Positions 39,413-43,564 of a DNA stretch of 43,564 nucleotides are shown here, one piece after another (the stretch's first letter is position 1; every line of letters begins with the position of its first letter). Origin of the DNA: Candidatus Levybacteria bacterium RIFCSPHIGHO2_01_FULL_37_33. GTDB taxonomy: Bacteria; Patescibacteriota; Microgenomatia; Levybacterales; UBA12049. The notes beneath the pieces are model-generated. The model was not told the origin of the DNA. It saw only the letters and a program-made list of their open reading frames with translations, and did not search any database. The position numbers and the translations under genes were made by a program. The stretch spans positions 1 through 43,564 of the forward strand of contig MFNM01000022.1 of assembly GCA_001782085.1 (NCBI GenBank). Direction: 5' to 3'.

Positions 39413-40228
39413 TTACTTGGAAAGTTCCTGATCGATAATTGTTTTGAAGGAGGCGAAAGACTGCGCTCCGACCACAATTTGTCCGTTTACAAAAGTTGAT
39501 GGCGTTCCACTGACTCCTGCCTGTGTCCCGTCTGCAATTTGCTCTTCAACCAATTTTGTGTATTTGCCGCTATCAAAGCAACTCTGAAATTGTCCCTGAT
39601 TAACTCCGACTTCGGCAGCCAATGGACCAAGTTTATCCAAAGCAAATCCCGTGCCATTTGATGTTGTTCTTTCGAATATCTTGTCTACGTAGTTCCAAAA
39701 TGCGTCATTGCCGCCAAGTTCTGCAACGCACTCTGTTGCCTCCGATTCTTTTTGGGCATTAGCGTGAAAAGAAAGAGGGAAATGGCGGTAGACCCAGTTC
39801 ACTTTATCCCCATAAGTTTGTAGAATTTCTTTCATTGTCGGGTGGAATCTTTGACAAAACGGACATTCCAGATCTGAATACTCAACAATAGCCACTTTGG
39901 CGTTTTTGTTGCCCCTTATATGATCCTTGTCGGTTACCGGTTTTATTTTCCCAGCAGGCGCCTGTTGATTTGGCACATTTGGCGCAGCCGCAGGTGTATT
40001 GGGTTGGGTTGCAGTCTGGGGATTACCTGTGGAATTTTGGCTTGTCGCTAGTTTAGTTGTAAGTGCACCTAATAAAAATGAAGCAACCAAAAGTAGCACT
40101 AAAAGAATAGGAGTGTAGGATTTTGAATCTTGAAAAAATTTCTGAAGACTAAATTCTATTGGTATTTTTATTCGGGTTTTTATTGGCTCTTTTGTTTCGG
40201 TGGTTAACTTTTTTACTGCTCTAGGCAT
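39413..40228 (-). CDS. Membrane-anchored DsbA-like thiol:disulfide oxidoreductase
   Basis: N-terminal TM helix, Pro/Ala/Gln-rich linker, thioredoxin fold with CPFC active site. Confidence 0.8.
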   Translation of the reverse strand: MPRAVKKLTTETKEPIKTRIKIPIEFSLQKFFQDSKSYTPILLVLLLVASFLLGALTTKLATSQNSTGNPQTATQPNTPAAAPNVPNQQAPAGKIKPVTDKDHIRGNKNAKVAIVEYSDLECPFCQRFHPTMKEILQTYGDKVNWVYRHFPLSFHANAQKESEATECVAELGGNDAFWNYVDKIFERTTSNGTGFALDKLGPLAAEVGVNQGQFQSCFDSGKYTKLVEEQIADGTQAGVSGTPSTFVNGQIVVGAQSFASFKTIIDQELSK

Positions 40229-40260
40229 TAAACAATTGTATAAAAGTCAACAAAGTGTTG

Positions 40261-40449
40261 TCAAGCATTAGATCCAAGCCTGAATAAACTAAATATCCCC
40301 ATGCTTGCTTGGGTTTTAGGATAAGAAATACTTGCTGCTTTTCTCCTCTGCCTCAAACCTTTTTTAATTTTAAAACATTCTCGAATGTCTTTAATAGAAA
40401 AAGGAGTCGGCCAGGAATTTAAGAATGGTTCAAGATAAATATCTTTCAT
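40261..40449 (-). CDS. Hypothetical small protein
   Basis: 62-aa ORF with a strong SD (GGAGGTG, 4 nt before the ATG). Confidence 0.45.
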   Translation of the reverse strand: MKDIYLEPFLNSWPTPFSIKDIRECFKIKKGLRQRRKAASISYPKTQASMGIFSLFRLGSNA

Positions 40450-40461
40450 TTTTCACCTCCT

Positions 40462-40680
40462 TTATAAAATTAATCTTAAAATAAAAAACAGGATGATAAT
40501 AACCGAACCAAAAGAAATAAACATGTTTATAATCAGCAATTTTTCTAAAGACTGGGGAATAGCAATTATAAGTTCGTTTTTGGCTCTTTTTGAATAAAGA
40601 GCAAACAATAAATTGTAAATTCCCAAAGCAGCCGAAATGATTATCATAGCAATGTAAAAAGTAATATATAAAAAATTCAT
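40462..40680 (-). CDS. Small membrane protein
   Basis: 72 aa with two TM helices; abuts the upstream gene's stop. Confidence 0.5.
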   Translation of the reverse strand: MNFLYITFYIAMIIISAALGIYNLLFALYSKRAKNELIIAIPQSLEKLLIINMFISFGSVIIILFFILRLIL

Positions 40681-41322
40681 TTATGCCACCCCAAAAGAAT
40701 GTCCTGGAAATATTTCTTCTGTTATTCTAAAACGATGTTCTTCATTTTTTGATTTATACCATATAGGAGCGTCCATCATATCTGGTTTTTCTATATCTAG
40801 AACATCAGACATTAAAAAGCCTATCTCTTTTGGATCTTTTATATTCATCAATCTAAATTCTTCCTGGTGTGTAGGCCTATCAAAAGTGATAATTACGTTG
40901 CCTATATCCAACAATTGATTTATTATTCCAGTCTTTTCTATATCGATTTCGGTTGATTTTACCTGGTTTAGTATTATGTTATTAATATAATTTGAAAATA
41001 AAGGCTTATAACAAACTTCAAGTATTCTATTTGTTGTTAAGATATAAAAATGGCAATGCCAGTCAACGATTATTTTTGCAATTATACTTGAGGTCATTAG
41101 AAATACCACGGGCATAGATGACATAAATAAGCCAACTTGCGAGATTTTTAATACAAATAGATAATAAAGGATTAAAGTAACAAAGACTGCAACCACAATC
41201 GAAAAAAACACCGGCATTATAATAATAAACCAGTGTTGCCTTTTTCTAAGAAGTATTCTCTCTCTTGTGTTAAAGGGAGGACTGTCTTCAATTCTTTTTA
41301 TGATCTGATAATCATTGAGCAT
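40681..41322 (-). CDS. Membrane protein with bacterial PH-like (YdbS/YdbT, DUF304-type) architecture
   Basis: Two adjacent TM helices followed by a soluble domain of about 90 aa. SD AAGGGGGA lies upstream. Confidence 0.5.
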   Translation of the reverse strand: MLNDYQIIKRIEDSPPFNTRERILLRKRQHWFIIIMPVFFSIVVAVFVTLILYYLFVLKISQVGLFMSSMPVVFLMTSSIIAKIIVDWHCHFYILTTNRILEVCYKPLFSNYINNIILNQVKSTEIDIEKTGIINQLLDIGNVIITFDRPTHQEEFRLMNIKDPKEIGFLMSDVLDIEKPDMMDAPIWYKSKNEEHRFRITEEIFPGHSFGVA

Positions 41323-41447
41323 AAATCCCCCTTCTTATTAATTTGATTATTGTCTATCACATATAGTGTTCACCGAAGTGAAAATATCACAGATTTATTT
41401 AAACTTCAGTAATTTAAGTTACTATAAATCAGTGTTTTTTTTACAAT

Positions 41448-41473
41448 AAAATTGTTAGGTTGCTAACAATTTT
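41448..41473. promoter_or_regulatory. Perfect 11-bp-arm palindrome overlapping the -35 of the Crp/Fnr gene promoter
   Basis: AAAATTGTTAG-GTTG-CTAACAATTTT. The promoter is TTGCTA (41460-41465), 17-nt spacer, TGaTATACT (-10 at 41483-41488). Confidence 0.6.
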
Positions 41474-41517
41474 GCTTTGTGATATACTCTGTGCGCAATT
41501 TTTATGGAGGTGAAACT

Positions 41518-42165
41518 TTGACACCATCAGAAAAACTTTACATTTTTTTTTCTCAATATAAATTACTTCAGTATAAAAAGGGAGAAACCTTTTTGCGTGC
41601 AGGCGATATTCCGCAAGGAATATATTTTCTAAAAAAAGGATATGTAAGGCTTTATTCACTTTCTTCTGCGGGTAAAGAATTAACGCTTGTTATTTATAAA
41701 CCCGGAGAATTTTTTCCAGTCGTATTTACATTTACGGCAGAACCAAGTATTTACTATTTTGAAACCTTAAGTGAAGTAGAAATGGAAAGATCCCCAAGAG
41801 AAAAATTCATTCCTTTTATAAGAGAAAACCCAGATGTTTTTGATGAGGTGAATCTTCATATTATCGAGAGATTTCAAGTTGCCTTGCGAAGAATGGAATA
41901 TTTAACTTTTGGAAACGCAAATTCAAGACTGGCGTCAATACTTTTAATATGCGCAAGATATTTCGGAATAAGAAGCGATCATAAAGAAATCAAAATACCA
42001 ATCCCCTTTACTCATAAAGATATTGCGAATCTTGTTGGAATGGCAAGAGAGACAGTAAGCGTCGAACTTAAAAAATTTTTAGACAAGGGACTTATTGAAA
42101 GAAAAGGAAGACTTCTTGTCATAAAAAATAGGAACGCTTTAGAAAAAGAAGCAAGCAAACTTTAA
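41518..42165 (+). CDS. Crp/Fnr-family transcriptional regulator
   Basis: cNMP-binding-like beta-roll (FLRAGDIPQGIYFLKKGYVRLY) and C-terminal HTH (HKDIANLVGMARETVSVELKKF). TTG start lies 7 nt after GGAGGTG, in frame with the track ORF. Confidence 0.85.
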   Translation: MTPSEKLYIFFSQYKLLQYKKGETFLRAGDIPQGIYFLKKGYVRLYSLSSAGKELTLVIYKPGEFFPVVFTFTAEPSIYYFETLSEVEMERSPREKFIPFIRENPDVFDEVNLHIIERFQVALRRMEYLTFGNANSRLASILLICARYFGIRSDHKEIKIPIPFTHKDIANLVGMARETVSVELKKFLDKGLIERKGRLLVIKNRNALEKEASKL

Positions 42166-42179
42166 AACTGCCCTCTATA

Positions 42180-42563
42180 ATGAGAAAAGAAACAGAATCT
42201 CAGGGAGAATGGCGGGCAAATTTAGACGAGGCAAGAGAAATATTGTCTGAACTAAGGGAAACTTTAATTTCATCCTGGCTTATGATTCATTCAACAAATG
42301 ACAAAGATGAAAGAAGAATTTTTGGTGGAGACTGGGGAGAAGCTGTAAGAGAAGAAATCGAACTTACCAAAGGTGTTATTGCTCCGGCAAAAATTGAATT
42401 AGAACTGCCATTAACTAATATAATCCAAGAAAGAAGAGTAAAAAGTAAAGCCGGAAAAATTTCAGAGGAGTATGGCGGAACAATTGAGGAAGGAAAAGAA
42501 ATTGCCCGCCGCCACATAAGAGTTACCAAAAAAATTCAGCGCCGTTTGGGAGTTGATGAATAA
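42180..42563 (+). CDS. Hypothetical protein
   Basis: 127-aa charged ORF with no recognised motif. Confidence 0.45.
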   Translation: MRKETESQGEWRANLDEAREILSELRETLISSWLMIHSTNDKDERRIFGGDWGEAVREEIELTKGVIAPAKIELELPLTNIIQERRVKSKAGKISEEYGGTIEEGKEIARRHIRVTKKIQRRLGVDE

Positions 42564-42601
42564 ATGTTTAATGGAGGTATAGAAAATCAAATGCATGAAA
42601 C

Positions 42602-43564
42602 CTAGTATTCTTCTTCAGCTAGGTCGATAGCCCTAAGCGAAGCTGCTGCTTTTCTCACTGTTTCATCCCACTCGGTCTCCGGATCGCTGTCGTAGACTAT
42701 TCCTCCCCCTGCCTGAATATACGCAGTTCCGTCTTTAAAAACGACAGTTCTTATAGTTATGGCCATCTCAAGATCACCATCATACGAGACATATCCCATT
42801 GCGCCTGCATATGCGCCTCTTTTTTCTCTCTCAAGCTCAGCTATTATCTGCATTGCCCTTATTTTAGATGCTCCGCTGACTGTGCCCGCTGGAAAAGCCG
42901 AACGCAAAGCATCCAAAGAAGTGTATTTATCTGAAAGTCTTCCCTGTACCTCGGACGTAAGATGCATAACATGCGAAAACCGTTCAACTTCCTTCAACCG
43001 CGGTACTTTCACAGTTCCCGGAACAGAAACTCGCCCTATGTCATTTCTTCCTAAATCGACAAGCATAATATGTTCTGCATTCTCTTTTTCGTCCTTCTTA
43101 AGCTCTTCTGCCAGCCGTTCATCTTCTTCCGGAGTTGACCCCCTCGGTCTTGTTCCGGCAATTGGCCATGTGCTTATATCTTTATCTTCAACTTTTAAGA
43201 GTAATTCCGGAGAAGCACCAATAATCTGAAAGTCTCCAAAATTAAAGTAAACCATAAACGGCGAAGGATTTACCCTTCTTAAGGCCCTATAAAGAGAAAA
43301 GGGTTCGGCTTCTGTTTTTCTTGCCCATCTTTGAGACATGACGACCTGAATTACATCTCCTGCAACTATGTACTCTTTTATTCTTTTTATTGCTCCTATA
43401 TACTCTTCTTTTTCAAAGTTTGATTGCGCATTGCCAGTCATAATGCTACTCTCCTTTTTAGTTTCAAATAGTATTGGGGAATGTATCCTATCTACTATTT
43501 GATCAATTTTTGAGGTTGTTTCTTGATATTGCCTTTCCAGATTACCAACATCTTCTACATGTAT
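42602..43564 (-). CDS. trpE: Anthranilate synthase component I-like chorismate-binding enzyme (5' end beyond the window)
   Basis: GDVIQVVMSQRW, LMVDLGRNDIGRV, PAGTVSGASKIRAM and GAYAGAMGY motifs. The frame stays open for all 41 codons upstream of the track ATG (43441) to the window edge. Confidence 0.8.
   Translation of the reverse strand: MHVEDVGNLERQYQETTSKIDQIVDRIHSPILFETKKESSIMTGNAQSNFEKEEYIGAIKRIKEYIVAGDVIQVVMSQRWARKTEAEPFSLYRALRRVNPSPFMVYFNFGDFQIIGASPELLLKVEDKDISTWPIAGTRPRGSTPEEDERLAEELKKDEKENAEHIMLVDLGRNDIGRVSVPGTVKVPRLKEVERFSHVMHLTSEVQGRLSDKYTSLDALRSAFPAGTVSGASKIRAMQIIAELEREKRGAYAGAMGYVSYDGDLEMAITIRTVVFKDGTAYIQAGGGIVYDSDPETEWDETVRKAAASLRAIDLAEEEY

Noticed and set aside
42759-43229. 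156-aa + strand ORF
   Set aside because: It is a shadow ORF opposite the conserved trpE-like frame. Its Ser-rich, low-complexity translation has no motifs.
42602-43441. Interpretation of trpE as an N-terminally truncated 279-aa gene
   Set aside because: The reading frame continues without a stop for all 41 codons up to the window edge. The upstream peptide (…IHSPILFETKKESSI) is compatible with a full-length enzyme. The AAAGGAGAG before the internal ATG is probably coincidental.

Overview
AT-rich, gene-dense bacterial window, mostly + strand. The gene content fits a Patescibacteria/CPR-type genome (inference only): minimal peptidoglycan genes murI/murD, FtsH, TrpS, RecF, Pth, archaeal-type UMP kinase, ATP-dependent DNA ligase, EndoQ-like PHP nuclease, many tiny membrane proteins, and palindromic or periodic insertions translated inside conserved genes. 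Layout: 0.1-2.1 kb holds decayed gene starts, a Xer-type tyrosine recombinase and an FtsB/DivIC-like gene. 2.3-6.1 kb is an island of secreted/membrane proteins with an XRE regulator. 6.1-11.0 kb is a phage/plasmid-like module (TerS-like, DUF5659-like, Rep-like, large serine recombinase) ending beside tRNA-Met(CAT). 11.5-25.5 kb is housekeeping plus a RelE/ParE toxin-antitoxin pair. 25.6-28.3 kb is an insertion/decay hotspot carrying a one-gene cassette that fuses a B12-type radical-SAM enzyme to a Nudix hydrolase. 28.3-43.6 kb is housekeeping and repair (pyrH, recF, nnrD, Fic, ligase, PD-(D/E)xK-like ORF, EndoQ, pth, ZIP, DsbA, Crp/Fnr, trpE running off the window). Main hunt results: (1) the radical-SAM/Nudix cassette, inserted with duplication of the pyrH start. 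(2) At least 14 short hairpin or 7-8 nt periodic arrays sit in frame inside 7 conserved genes, with related copies in intergenic regions, some supplying promoter -10 boxes. (3) Displaced gene-start remnants recur (PIG-L-like, trpS, fpg, pyrH). (4) A serine-recombinase element with two GC-rich structured non-coding blocks and 28-bp inverted repeats at 2078 and 11301. (5) A leader-peptide/terminator/antiterminator attenuator candidate upstream of a racemase. (6) A pervasive TGnTATAAT-N6-7-start (leaderless) architecture. No rRNA, CRISPR array or reverse transcriptase was seen. All homology calls come from motif recognition by eye, not database searches.
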